This document shows positions 9,849 through 18,721 of a stretch of DNA of 64,000 bases, piece by piece (the first letter of the stretch is position 1; each line of letters opens with the position of its first letter). Below the pieces are notes generated by a model. The model saw nothing but the letters and a program-made list of their open reading frames with translations. It did no database searches and was not told where the DNA came from. The translations under genes and the position numbers were made by a program. Origin of the DNA: Planctomycetota bacterium (lineage in GTDB: Bacteria; Planctomycetota; UBA8108; SXIK01); the NCBI GenBank assembly GCA_965223845.1, contig CBDCXR010000004.1, forward strand, positions 4,736,001 through 4,800,000. The letters are read 5' to 3'.

Positions 9849-10316
9849 TCAGGCGGGCCGAGTTGGCGAAGGAGGAGGAGGACCACGCGGGAACGGCCGG
9901 CGAAACGCGTCGTCGGACGTCCAGCGTGTCTCCCGCTCGGCGCCGCGAACTCCGGGGCGGAGCGTGAGCGCGAGCGAAACGGAGAAGGAACCATCGCTGC
10001 GATTGACCGCTCGTACGCCCGTGCAGCAAAACGCACAAGCGCACGCGTGTTCGTGCGCCGCGGGACACGGGCCGGGGATCGTTTCGACGGCCGGGCCTCG
10101 GCTCGAGGCATCGAGCGCCGCCTCAGGGGGCCCGGCTCGGCCGGGCTCAGCGCCGAGATGAGCGGCGCAGCTCTCACCTTCGCAGACGAGCTCGGGCTCG
10201 GCGATCTCGTGCACGGTGCTGTGCACGACCGACCACGCTTGCAGAAGCACGGCGATCAGCGCGAGGCTCGCGCTGCAGAAATCGATGCACCGGCGCTCCG
10301 GAGTTGATCTAGACAT
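9849..10316 (-). CDS. DUF2946-like protein (signal/TM segment, His/Cys cluster with CxxC, C-terminal PRGPP); candidate regulatory leader ORF
   Basis: Hydrophobic [37 protein letters not shown]; lies upstream of and co-oriented with the metal-uptake operon. Confidence 0.7.
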   Translation of the reverse strand: MSRSTPERRCIDFCSASLALIAVLLQAWSVVHSTVHEIAEPELVCEGESCAAHLGAEPGRAGPPEAALDASSRGPAVETIPGPCPAAHEHACACAFCCTGVRAVNRSDGSFSVSLALTLRPGVRGAERETRWTSDDAFRRPFPRGPPPPSPTRPA

Positions 10317-10403
10317 GCGGGGCGTTCGCCGTCGGTGAAGCTCAGCGACCCTCGGTTCGAGAGGTCGGGTCCCCGAATCAACCCGTAGTTGACTCGGAGG
10401 CGC

Positions 10404-10432
10404 ATCTTACGTCCGGGACGGCGGAGCCACAA
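10404..10432 (-). promoter_or_regulatory. Sigma70-type promoter for the DUF2946/metal-uptake operon
   Basis: Minus strand reads TTGTGG-17 nt-TAAGAT; an imperfect inverted repeat (10373-10397) follows at the expected start site. Confidence 0.45.
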
Positions 10433-10651
10433 GCTCCTCCCGCGTACGGTGTTCCGCAAAGATCATTCAGCGCGCGCAAACAGATGAGAAATCGCCGCCC
10501 GCTCCTTATAGTGTACGACCGTCGGTCGGGGGAGACGCCGGCCGGCATCCCGACGTCGGGGCGAATCGATCGCCCCGGAATCATCACTTCGTCGGCGCCC
10601 TCGGCCTCAGGCCCGGCGCTCGCGCTCACGTCCCCCGGAGTGACCCCAAGC

Positions 10652-11605
10652 ATGAAGCGAACGATTGATCGGCGCGAATTCATCAAGCGCTCGGCGCAGA
10701 CGACGGCCGCTGTCGCGCTGGCCGGATGCAGCGGCTTTCAGACCGCCCGACGCGAGCCCCTCTACAAGATTTCGCTCGCTCAGTGGTCGCTCCACAAAAC
10801 GATCTTCGGGAAGAAGCTCGACCATCTCGACTTCCCCGCGAAGACGGCCGAGCTCGGCATCAACGGCGTCGAGTACGTCAACCAGTTCTTCAAGGATAAG
10901 GCGGAAGACGAGGCCTACCTCGGTCAGCTGAAGACGAACGCAGAGAACGCCGGGGTCGAAAACCTGCTGATCATGATCGACGGCGAAGGCCGCCTCGGCG
11001 ACCCCGATGAGGCGAAGCGCGCGCAGGCCGTCGAGAACCACCACCGATGGGTCACGGCCGCGAAGTTTCTCGGTTGTCACTCGATCCGGGTGAACGCGGC
11101 GAGCGCGGGAAGCTACGACGAACAGAGCACTCTCGCAGCGGACGGGCTGCGCCGGCTCACGGAATTCGCCGCCGGTCACGACATCAACGTCATCGTCGAA
11201 AACCACGGCGGACTCTCCTCGAACGGCGCGTGGCTCGCCGAGACGATCACGAAAGTCGGCCATCCCCGCTGCGGGACCTTGCCGGACTTCGGCAACTTTC
11301 ACGTCGGCGGCGATCAGTGGTACGACCACTACAAAGGCGTCGAAGAGACGATGCCGTTCGCGAAGGCGGTGAGCGCCAAATCGTACGAGTTCGTCTCGGA
11401 TGTCGTCACCGAGCGAAAGAACAACGAGGGAAAGACGATGATCAGCATCGATTACCGGCGCATGATGGGCATCGTCGTCGCGGCGGGCTACAAGGGCTTC
11501 GTCGGAATCGAGTTCGAAGGGAAGGGACCGGAAGTCGAGGGCATCCTCAAGACGAAGGCCGTCCTCGAACTCGTCCGCGGTGAGCTCGAGGCCAAGACGA
11601 GCTGA
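10652..11605 (+). CDS. Tat-exported sugar-phosphate isomerase/epimerase (xylose-isomerase-like TIM barrel)
   Basis: IDRREFIK twin-arginine signal, [35 protein letters not shown]. Confidence 0.85.
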   Translation: MKRTIDRREFIKRSAQTTAAVALAGCSGFQTARREPLYKISLAQWSLHKTIFGKKLDHLDFPAKTAELGINGVEYVNQFFKDKAEDEAYLGQLKTNAENAGVENLLIMIDGEGRLGDPDEAKRAQAVENHHRWVTAAKFLGCHSIRVNAASAGSYDEQSTLAADGLRRLTEFAAGHDINVIVENHGGLSSNGAWLAETITKVGHPRCGTLPDFGNFHVGGDQWYDHYKGVEETMPFAKAVSAKSYEFVSDVVTERKNNEGKTMISIDYRRMMGIVVAAGYKGFVGIEFEGKGPEVEGILKTKAVLELVRGELEAKTS

Positions 11606-11627
11606 CGACACTCGCAAGGAATCGGTG

Positions 11628-11649
11628 GAAGACGACGACCGTCGTCTTC
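11628..11649. terminator. Hairpin between convergent genes (candidate bidirectional terminator)
   Basis: GAAGACGAC-gacc-GTCGTCTTC perfect 9-bp stem between stops at 11605 and 11658; no long U-tract. Confidence 0.45.
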
Positions 11650-11657
11650 GGGTTCCG

Positions 11658-13121
11658 CTATCGCTTCGGCTCCTTCAGCGTCTCGAGCACGGGATCGCCG
11701 ATCGCCTTCATTCGCTCGCGAATCCTCGCGTCGAGAGAAGCGATCGCCGCGCGGGCTTCCGCCGAATCGCTCCCGAGGAGGTTTCGTGCCTCCGCGGGAT
11801 CGCGGACGAGGTCGTAGAGCTCGTCGCGATCGGGATTGAGAAAGTCGCGAACGAGCTTCCAGCGCGGCGTGCGGTACATCCGCATGTGCGTTCGTGATTG
11901 GTGATGCGTGCTGTACTCGGCGTAGACGTCGTCGCTCCAGTTCGCCGGGGCGCGGCCCTTGAGGAGCGGGACGAAGCTGCGACCGCGGATCGTTTCCTTC
12001 GGCGGCAGCTCGGCCTCCGCGATCTCGACGAGCGTGGGATACCAGTCGAGATTCGTGACCGTCCGCTCGACCTTCGCCCCCGCCGCGACGACTCCCGGCC
12101 AACGGACGATGGTCGGCACGCGGAGCGACCGGTCGAACATGTTCGGTCTCTGATTGCGCGGGATGTTCTTCGTTGCGGGCGGCGCCTCGGTGAGCACGTA
12201 GTGGCCGTTCCCTTTGTGCCAGATCCCGCTGTGGCCCATGTTGTAGCCGTGGTCGCTCGAAAAGATCACGACCGTCTTGTCGGTGAGCTCGAGAGCGTCG
12301 AGCTTCTCGAGGATGCGACCGAGGTTTCGGTCGACGCTCCGCACGCTCGCGAGGTACTCACGCATCATCCGGCGAACGCGCGGCCCGTCGAGCTTCGGAA
12401 AATCGGGATTCGGGATCTCCATCTCGCGGTCGCGGTAGGGCGCCATGTCTTCGTCCGCAACGGGCAGCCACCGCGTGTGAGGTGCGCGGTAGTGAACGCA
12501 GAGGAGAAAGCGATCGGCCCGATGGCGATCGAGAAACCGGAGGGCGTCGTCGGTGAGGAGATCTGCGGTCAAGCCCTTCAGCTTCTTCTTTTCGCCGCTC
12601 ACTTCGAGCGTCGGATTCACCGTCGCGGCTCCGCCTTCGCGAAATCCCATGAAGTAGTCGAATCCGGTCCGCGTGGGATGGAAGCGATCGGGAACGCCGA
12701 GATGCCACTTTCCCACGAGGCCGGTGACGTAGCCGGACGACTGGAGCACCTCCGGCCAAGTGACGCGCGCCGGGTCGAGGCCGAGCTCGGGCTCGCGCTT
12801 CGGATGGATCCAGTCGGTGATTCCGAGCTCCGAACCGTAGCGACTCGTCATGAGGGTCGCCCGCGAAGGACTGCAAACGGGCGTGACGGTGAACGAGTTC
12901 GGGAGGTAGGCACCTTCGCGGGCGAGGCGATCCATGTGAGGCGTGATCGCCTGCTCGTTTCCCGAAGCCCCGAGCGCCCACGGCGCCTGGTCGTCGGTGA
13001 ACACGAAAAGAATGTTCGGCGGTGCAGCGAGCGAGATCGAAGTCACGGCGCAAACAGCCGCGAGAGCGAAGCACCATGGCGAAATCGGTAAGGAACGACG
13101 ACAGAGGCGAACGCGGGGCAT
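11658..13121 (-). CDS. Sulfatase (formylglycine-dependent, Cys-type)
   Basis: PNILFVFTDDQ, CSPSRATLMT (CxPxR), GKWHLG, SDHG, HKG; signal peptide. Confidence 0.92.
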   Translation of the reverse strand: MPRVRLCRRSLPISPWCFALAAVCAVTSISLAAPPNILFVFTDDQAPWALGASGNEQAITPHMDRLAREGAYLPNSFTVTPVCSPSRATLMTSRYGSELGITDWIHPKREPELGLDPARVTWPEVLQSSGYVTGLVGKWHLGVPDRFHPTRTGFDYFMGFREGGAATVNPTLEVSGEKKKLKGLTADLLTDDALRFLDRHRADRFLLCVHYRAPHTRWLPVADEDMAPYRDREMEIPNPDFPKLDGPRVRRMMREYLASVRSVDRNLGRILEKLDALELTDKTVVIFSSDHGYNMGHSGIWHKGNGHYVLTEAPPATKNIPRNQRPNMFDRSLRVPTIVRWPGVVAAGAKVERTVTNLDWYPTLVEIAEAELPPKETIRGRSFVPLLKGRAPANWSDDVYAEYSTHHQSRTHMRMYRTPRWKLVRDFLNPDRDELYDLVRDPAEARNLLGSDSAEARAAIASLDARIRERMKAIGDPVLETLKEPKR

Positions 13122-13301
13122 GGCGGCTCTCCGGCAGCGAGGTGCGTCGGGTGAAGTTCGATCGGTTCGGGTCCCACGATGGTCGCCGGAGCGGAGCCGG
13201 AATCAAGACCGCTTCCGGCGCCGCGCTGATCGATTGACGACTCTCGCCGGTTTCGCGATAGTACGAACCTCGTCCACCAAGCAACCGCCGAGGATGCTCT
13301 C

Positions 13302-13646
13302 ATGGCCAAGATCGACTGGATGTATCACCGCCCCGGTTGAACGTCGTGCAAGCGAGCGCAAGGGTTCCTTGCCGAAACGACCGTCGACGTCAAAACCGAA
13401 GTGAACGCGCGCGCGACTCCGATGGGTCGAAAGGAGGCGCTCGAGCTCGCCGCTGGAGCGAACGAGATCTACTCCGCGAAGGGGAAAAAGATCACTCACA
13501 TCAAGCTGCGCGACAAGCCGGCCGACGAGGACATTCTCGCCGCGATGCTCGGGCCAACGGGCAACCTCCGTGCGCCGACGGTGCGCCGCGGAAAAACGCT
13601 CATCGTCGGATTCAATGCGGAGACGTACGAAAAGTTCTTCGGCTAG
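13302..13646 (+). CDS. ArsC-family (thioredoxin-fold) selenoprotein with UxxC motif
   Basis: ATG 13302 reads MAKIDWMYHRPG-TGA(13338-13340)-TSCKRAQ in frame with the listed 13401-13646 ORF (LGPTGNLRAPT...LIVGFN). SECIS-like hairpin at 13358-13372; GAGGA upstream. Confidence 0.85.
13341..13390 (+). promoter_or_regulatory. Putative bacterial SECIS element
   Basis: Apical stem GCAAGG/CCTTGC with a GTT loop starting 23 nt after the UGA; lower pairing ACGTCG(13341-46)/CGACGT(13385-90). Confidence 0.65.
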
Positions 13647-13839
13647 CGAGGACTCTTTGACCCGAGGTTGCGACCCGGCGGCAAAGACGAAAACGCGTTC
13701 GCTCGGCGAATCCCACGTTGCCAGCGGGTCTGACCCCTTCCGCCGATGCTCACGTACGGTTCAGTACGATCCGCTTGGCGAGACCGTTCGAATACGCGGC
13801 TGACGACGCTCTCTTCGCCGTTCTTTGCCGCGCTGGCCT

Positions 13840-16449
13840 CTACGAACCTCCGCCGCCGCGCCGCTCTCTCGTGCGCGAGCGTGACTCACGCTGGCGCCGA
13901 GCGCGCTCGTCGAGGTCGTCGAAGGTGCTCTTCGCTCCCGCCGCGGGAGTCAGATGGCTCGCGAGGGAGCGAACGGTCGGGCGCTCGAAGAGGGTCACGA
14001 GAGAAATCTCCTGCGAGAACGCCTCCCGCAGTTCCTCCGCGACGTCGGTGATGCGCATCGAATCGCCCCCGAGCTCGAAGAAGTTGTCGTCGAGCCCAAC
14101 GCGATCGACGCCGAGGACGCGCTGGTAGATGTCGGCGACGGTGCGCTCGACGTCGGTGTGCGGCGCTTCGAACGTCGACTCGAGCTCGGGGCGAGCGCCA
14201 TCGGGGGCCGGGAGAGCGCGCCGATCGACCTTCCCGTGCGGAGTGAGCGGAATCGTGTCGAGGAGGACGAGCTGCCCGGGCACCATGTAATCGGGAAGCT
14301 TCGATTCGAGCTGCGCGCGAAGCCCGCCGGCCGTGGGTGCGGGTGAGCCGCGGGCGACGACGTAGCCGACGATTTGCGCCTCGCCGCGGTCGTCTTCGCG
14401 CAAGACCACGGTCGCGTCGCCCACGCCTTCGCACTCGCGGAGCCGCGCCTCGATCTCTCCGAGCTCAACGCGAAATCCGCGCAGCTGCACCTGGTCGTCG
14501 ATCCGCCGCAGATACTCCACGTCGCCGCCGGGGAGCATCCGCGCGAGGTCGCCGGTCCGGTACGCGCGCGAGCTCCCGTCCGCGAACGGATCGGTGATGA
14601 ACCGCTCGGCCGTGAGCGACGCTCGATTCAAATAACCGCCGCACACCCCCGCTCCGCCGACGATCAACTCACCGGGAAATCCGAGCGGCAAGAGGTCGAG
14701 ATCGGGACCGACGACCGCGAGCGAGAGATCGGCGAGAGGAGCACCGATCCGACTTCCGCGCGCGGCATCGACGTCGGCGCGCCGAATCGGGCGGTACGTG
14801 ACGTGAACCGTCGTCTCGGTGATGCCGTACATGTTGACGAGCTTCGGCACCTCATCGCCGTGCCGGTCGAGCCACGGAGTGAGCGACGAGAGCTCGAGCG
14901 CCTCGCCGCCGAACACGACGCAGCGAAGGGAGAGCGACGGTCGCGGGTCGAGCGACTCTTCGGCCCGGATGAGCTGGCGAAACGCCGACGGTGTCTGGCT
15001 GAGAACCGTCACACCCCGCTCGGCGAGGAGCGCGTAGAACTCCCGCGGCGATCGACTGATCGCGTACGGAACGACGACCACGCGGCCGCCGTAGAGGAGC
15101 GCGCCCCACATCTCCCACACCGAAAAATCGAACGCGTAAGAGTGAAAGAGCGTCCACACGTCGGTCGAGTCGAAAGCGAACTGGTCTTCCGTCGAGAGAA
15201 AGAGACGCCGAACGTTGCGGTGCGAAATCGCCGCTCCCTTCGGCTGACCGGTGGATCCCGAAGTGTAGTTCACATACGCGGGATCGTCCGGGTCACCGGC
15301 CGGCGCAGGACGTTCACGCGACGCCGATGCGATCGCCGAGCGCTCGTCGTCGAGGCAAAACACCGACACACCGCTGGGAACCTCGTTCGCGCAGACTCGC
15401 TCGGTCACGACGAGCGAAGCGCCGGCGTCTTCGACCATGAAGCGAGCGCGCTCCGGCGGATACGCCCGATCGATGGGAAGATACGCGGCGCCGGCTTTGA
15501 GGACGCCGAGGATCGTCGTCACGACGCGCGGGGTCCGGTCGAGCAGAATCCCGACGAGCTCCCCGCGGCCGACGCCGCGCTCGCGGAGTGCGCGAGCGAG
15601 ACGGTTCGATTCCTCGTCGAGCTCACGGTAGGTCAGCTCGCGCGCTCCGTCGCTCGCGACGAGCGCCACCGCGTCGGGTGAGCGATCGACCTGCGCTTCG
15701 AACGCTTCGTGGAGACGGTCCGTCACCGCGAACGATGCGCGTGGCGCTATTCTCGAGAGCTTCTCCTCGTCAGTCCCGCGCCCGGCGAGTCGAACGCGAG
15801 AGAGAGGACGCTCCGCATCGCCCGCCATTTCGCCGGCGAACGTCGCGAACGTCTCGACCCAGGATTCGGCGCTTTCCGCAGTAAGGAGCTCGGCATCGAA
15901 ATCGAACCGGACCGTCAGCGCGTTTCGACTCCCGGACACGGCGACGAACACATCCGCGCGGGCCGCGTGAACCATCAATTCACCCGCGTCGATTCCGGCG
16001 CCGAGATCACCCTCGGGAGCGACGGCGACGCGGGCGATCTCCGCGACCGCCTCGTTCCGCGAGAGCGGACACGGTTCCTCCGCGCCTGACGCGCGTAGGG
16101 CCTCGTCGACGCGCGCGATGAAATCGCGGACGCTGGGATCGTCACTCGCGTCGATGGAGAAAAGGCGCGCACCGCCCTCGCTCGCCGTCGCGATCGCGGC
16201 CGTCCGCTGATCCGCGAGCCGCTGAAAGAAAGCGTGCGCGAGCGCCGTCACGCCGGCTACTGGCCCAGCGTCGCACGCGTCGAACAGAGCGAAGATCGTC
16301 GCCGCAACTTCGCCCGGAATTGAACGCGCGACCTCCTCGCGACGAAAACCGGGCACGGGGGGGCGAGGAAAATCGAGCGGCAAACGAAACGCGTGCAGCC
16401 CGGCGACTTTCTCGTCGCTCCACGTTCGCGTTCGCATCGACTCCGCCAT
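13840..16449 (-). CDS. Stand-alone NRPS module (partial C domain - A - PCP), Thr-type specificity code
   Basis: YTSGSTGQPKG, FDFSVWE, NMYGITETTVHVT, YRTGDL, LRGFRVELGEIE, LPDYMVP, GKVDR; PCP FFELGGDS. ATG 16449 overlaps the carbamoyltransferase stop. Confidence 0.88.
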   Translation of the reverse strand: MAESMRTRTWSDEKVAGLHAFRLPLDFPRPPVPGFRREEVARSIPGEVAATIFALFDACDAGPVAGVTALAHAFFQRLADQRTAAIATASEGGARLFSIDASDDPSVRDFIARVDEALRASGAEEPCPLSRNEAVAEIARVAVAPEGDLGAGIDAGELMVHAARADVFVAVSGSRNALTVRFDFDAELLTAESAESWVETFATFAGEMAGDAERPLSRVRLAGRGTDEEKLSRIAPRASFAVTDRLHEAFEAQVDRSPDAVALVASDGARELTYRELDEESNRLARALRERGVGRGELVGILLDRTPRVVTTILGVLKAGAAYLPIDRAYPPERARFMVEDAGASLVVTERVCANEVPSGVSVFCLDDERSAIASASRERPAPAGDPDDPAYVNYTSGSTGQPKGAAISHRNVRRLFLSTEDQFAFDSTDVWTLFHSYAFDFSVWEMWGALLYGGRVVVVPYAISRSPREFYALLAERGVTVLSQTPSAFRQLIRAEESLDPRPSLSLRCVVFGGEALELSSLTPWLDRHGDEVPKLVNMYGITETTVHVTYRPIRRADVDAARGSRIGAPLADLSLAVVGPDLDLLPLGFPGELIVGGAGVCGGYLNRASLTAERFITDPFADGSSRAYRTGDLARMLPGGDVEYLRRIDDQVQLRGFRVELGEIEARLRECEGVGDATVVLREDDRGEAQIVGYVVARGSPAPTAGGLRAQLESKLPDYMVPGQLVLLDTIPLTPHGKVDRRALPAPDGARPELESTFEAPHTDVERTVADIYQRVLGVDRVGLDDNFFELGGDSMRITDVAEELREAFSQEISLVTLFERPTVRSLASHLTPAAGAKSTFDDLDERARRQRESRSRTRERRGGGGS

Positions 16450-18227
16450 CACTCGGGCCCCGCCGGGACCACGAGCCAATCTCCGATCGCAAGAGCGTCG
16501 AGTCCCGCCATGAGGAACGTGTCGATCGCTTCCGTCGGCGTGCAGACGATCGGCTGACCGCGCACATTGAACGAGGTGTTGAGCACCATCGGGATTCCGA
16601 CCGAGGTCTTCCCGACGCACGCGAGCAGCTCCGCGAAGCGAGGGCTGTGCTCGGCGAATACGGTCTGTGCGCGTGCGGATCCGTCGACGTGCGTGATCGC
16701 CGGCAGCTTGTCGCGGAAGTCGGAGCGGACGCGGGTCACGAGGAGCATGTGCTCGTACGTCGACTCGTCGCCGGGGTCGATCTCGAAGTACGTCCCCGCG
16801 GCCTCCGCCGCGACCGCGGGCGCGAAGGGACGGAAGCCCTCCCGTTTCTTGACGAGCGCGTTGATCTTATCGCGCATCTCGGGATGCGTCGGATCCGCGA
16901 GAATGCTTCGACTTCCCAGCGCGCGCGGACCGAATTCCATGCGGCCCTGAAACCAAGCGACGACCTCCCCGTGCGCCAGACGATCGGCGACGGCGGCGGC
17001 GAGCTCCGAGAACGAATCGAAGCGGGTCGCGGCACAATCGGTCCGATCCTCGAGCGCTCGCTCGATCTCAGCGTCGTCGAACTCGGGCCCCCAGAGCGGC
17101 ACGCTCATGCGCGCGCGCGGACCGCGCTGCGGCTCCTTGCGCCGCGACACGTAGAGCGCGGCACCGAGCGCCGGTCCGTCGTCGCCGGACGCCGGCTGGA
17201 CGAACAGCTCTTCGAAGAGACGGCTCCGACGAACGGCCCCGTTGCACGAGCAGTTGAGCGCGCACCCGCCTGCGAGACAGAGGTTCTTCGCGCCGGTCTC
17301 CGCGCGAAGCGTGCGGAGGAGATGGAGCTGCGCGGTCTGAAACGCACCCTGAAGTGCCGCTGCGAGATCTTTGTGATCCTGCGTGATCTCCGACTCGGGG
17401 TCGCGCGGCGGGCCGAATCGATCGGCGAGGGCGCGGAGAACACCGCGGTGCGTCTCTTTTTCTTCTGCGGTCTTGTTCTCGGCGAGGATCGGAATCGAGT
17501 ACGTCCCGTCCGGCTTGAGCGAAATCAGCTCGAGCACGCGATCAGTATAGCGCCGCGGGTCCCCGTAGGGTGCGAGTCCCATCACCTTGTACTCGTCGAG
17601 TCCCATGAAGAACCCGAGGTGGAGGGTCACGACGCCGTAGAGAACGCCCAGCGAGTGAAGCGCGGGAATCTGGCGAATCACTTCGAGGTCATCGCCCGAT
17701 CCGGCGAACGCCGTCATGCTGTGGACTTCCCCCATACCGTCGGAAACGATCACGAGCGCGTCGTCGAATCCGCTCAGGTAGAAGCTGCTCGCGGCGTGTG
17801 CCAGATGGTGCGAAACAGGGACGAGCTTTTCTTCGAGCCCCGTGCCGGGAAATGCCTCGGCGATCAGCCGGCGCTGGACGTCCGCGGAGAGGACCTCGTC
17901 GTACTGCCGGCGCGTCAAATCCGTCCGGCCGAAGTACTCCTCGTACGGTTCGTAGTCGAATCCGTGCGCGACGGCATCGACGTCGGCGGCGGTGATCCCG
18001 CCGCGATCGAGGCAGTAGCGGAGCGCGCCGACGGGAAATGCGCTCGTCGCCTTTTCGCGGGAGAATCGCTCCTCACCCGAAGCGGCGACGACCTCGCCGC
18101 TCGAGACGAGAGCGGCGGCGGAGTCGAATCCCTGCGCGATGCGATACTCGCGCGGCGTCAAGCCGGGAAACTCCTCCCGCTTAAAGCGGAGGTTCTGGTC
18201 GTGGCCGCTGATACCGATAATGTTCAA
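16449..18227 (-). CDS. O-carbamoyltransferase (NodU/CmcH/TobZ family)
   Basis: EERFSREK, HHLAHAAS, DGMGE, EYKVMGLAPYG, LAGGCALN, FQGRMEFGPRALGSRSIL, KREGFRPFAP, LNTSFN. Confidence 0.92.
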   Translation of the reverse strand: MNIIGISGHDQNLRFKREEFPGLTPREYRIAQGFDSAAALVSSGEVVAASGEERFSREKATSAFPVGALRYCLDRGGITAADVDAVAHGFDYEPYEEYFGRTDLTRRQYDEVLSADVQRRLIAEAFPGTGLEEKLVPVSHHLAHAASSFYLSGFDDALVIVSDGMGEVHSMTAFAGSGDDLEVIRQIPALHSLGVLYGVVTLHLGFFMGLDEYKVMGLAPYGDPRRYTDRVLELISLKPDGTYSIPILAENKTAEEKETHRGVLRALADRFGPPRDPESEITQDHKDLAAALQGAFQTAQLHLLRTLRAETGAKNLCLAGGCALNCSCNGAVRRSRLFEELFVQPASGDDGPALGAALYVSRRKEPQRGPRARMSVPLWGPEFDDAEIERALEDRTDCAATRFDSFSELAAAVADRLAHGEVVAWFQGRMEFGPRALGSRSILADPTHPEMRDKINALVKKREGFRPFAPAVAAEAAGTYFEIDPGDESTYEHMLLVTRVRSDFRDKLPAITHVDGSARAQTVFAEHSPRFAELLACVGKTSVGIPMVLNTSFNVRGQPIVCTPTEAIDTFLMAGLDALAIGDWLVVPAGPE

Positions 18228-18721
18228 GTTTGTATCCCTAGATGTCGCCGGAACTCGGACGCGGCGAGCTCGCCGGCGCGCGGAGTGCGCACGTCGTCAT
18301 TCGGGCGGAGGTCGCGTCGCGACGAAACAGGATGCCCCTCGTCCGTGAAGGACTCGACGCGCCGAGCTCCGGCGGGGGTCGCTGAGCCACGAACGATTGT
18401 CGATGGCTTCTCGGAGCACTCCCCGGAGCGTGCGCGTACGGATTCAGTTCCCTGCGCCGCGGCCATCTCTTCTATCGGTCTTCCCTCGACAAGAGAAGAG
18501 ATTACCGTCGCGCGAGAGCGGCCCCCGGCCTTCAGGGTCAGGACTCCTTCAGCACCCCGAGGTCACGGTCCGGGAATCCTCGCTCCGCGGGACGATTGCG
18601 CGTTGAGGCCGCGTGGTCTCCTCGGTTACGGTAAGTTCGAATCCACCGGGCGCCTCGCACCGTCTGCGGTGAGGGCACGTCGTAAAGACCGTCAACGAAG
18701 TGGCGAGGGGAATCCGCCGTC

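Noticed and set aside
13401-13646. 81-aa ORF starting at GTG 13401, or a nonsense pseudogene reading of the ArsC-like gene
   Set aside because: It lacks the redox motif; the upstream in-frame ATG, UxxC position and SECIS-like hairpin favour Sec readthrough.
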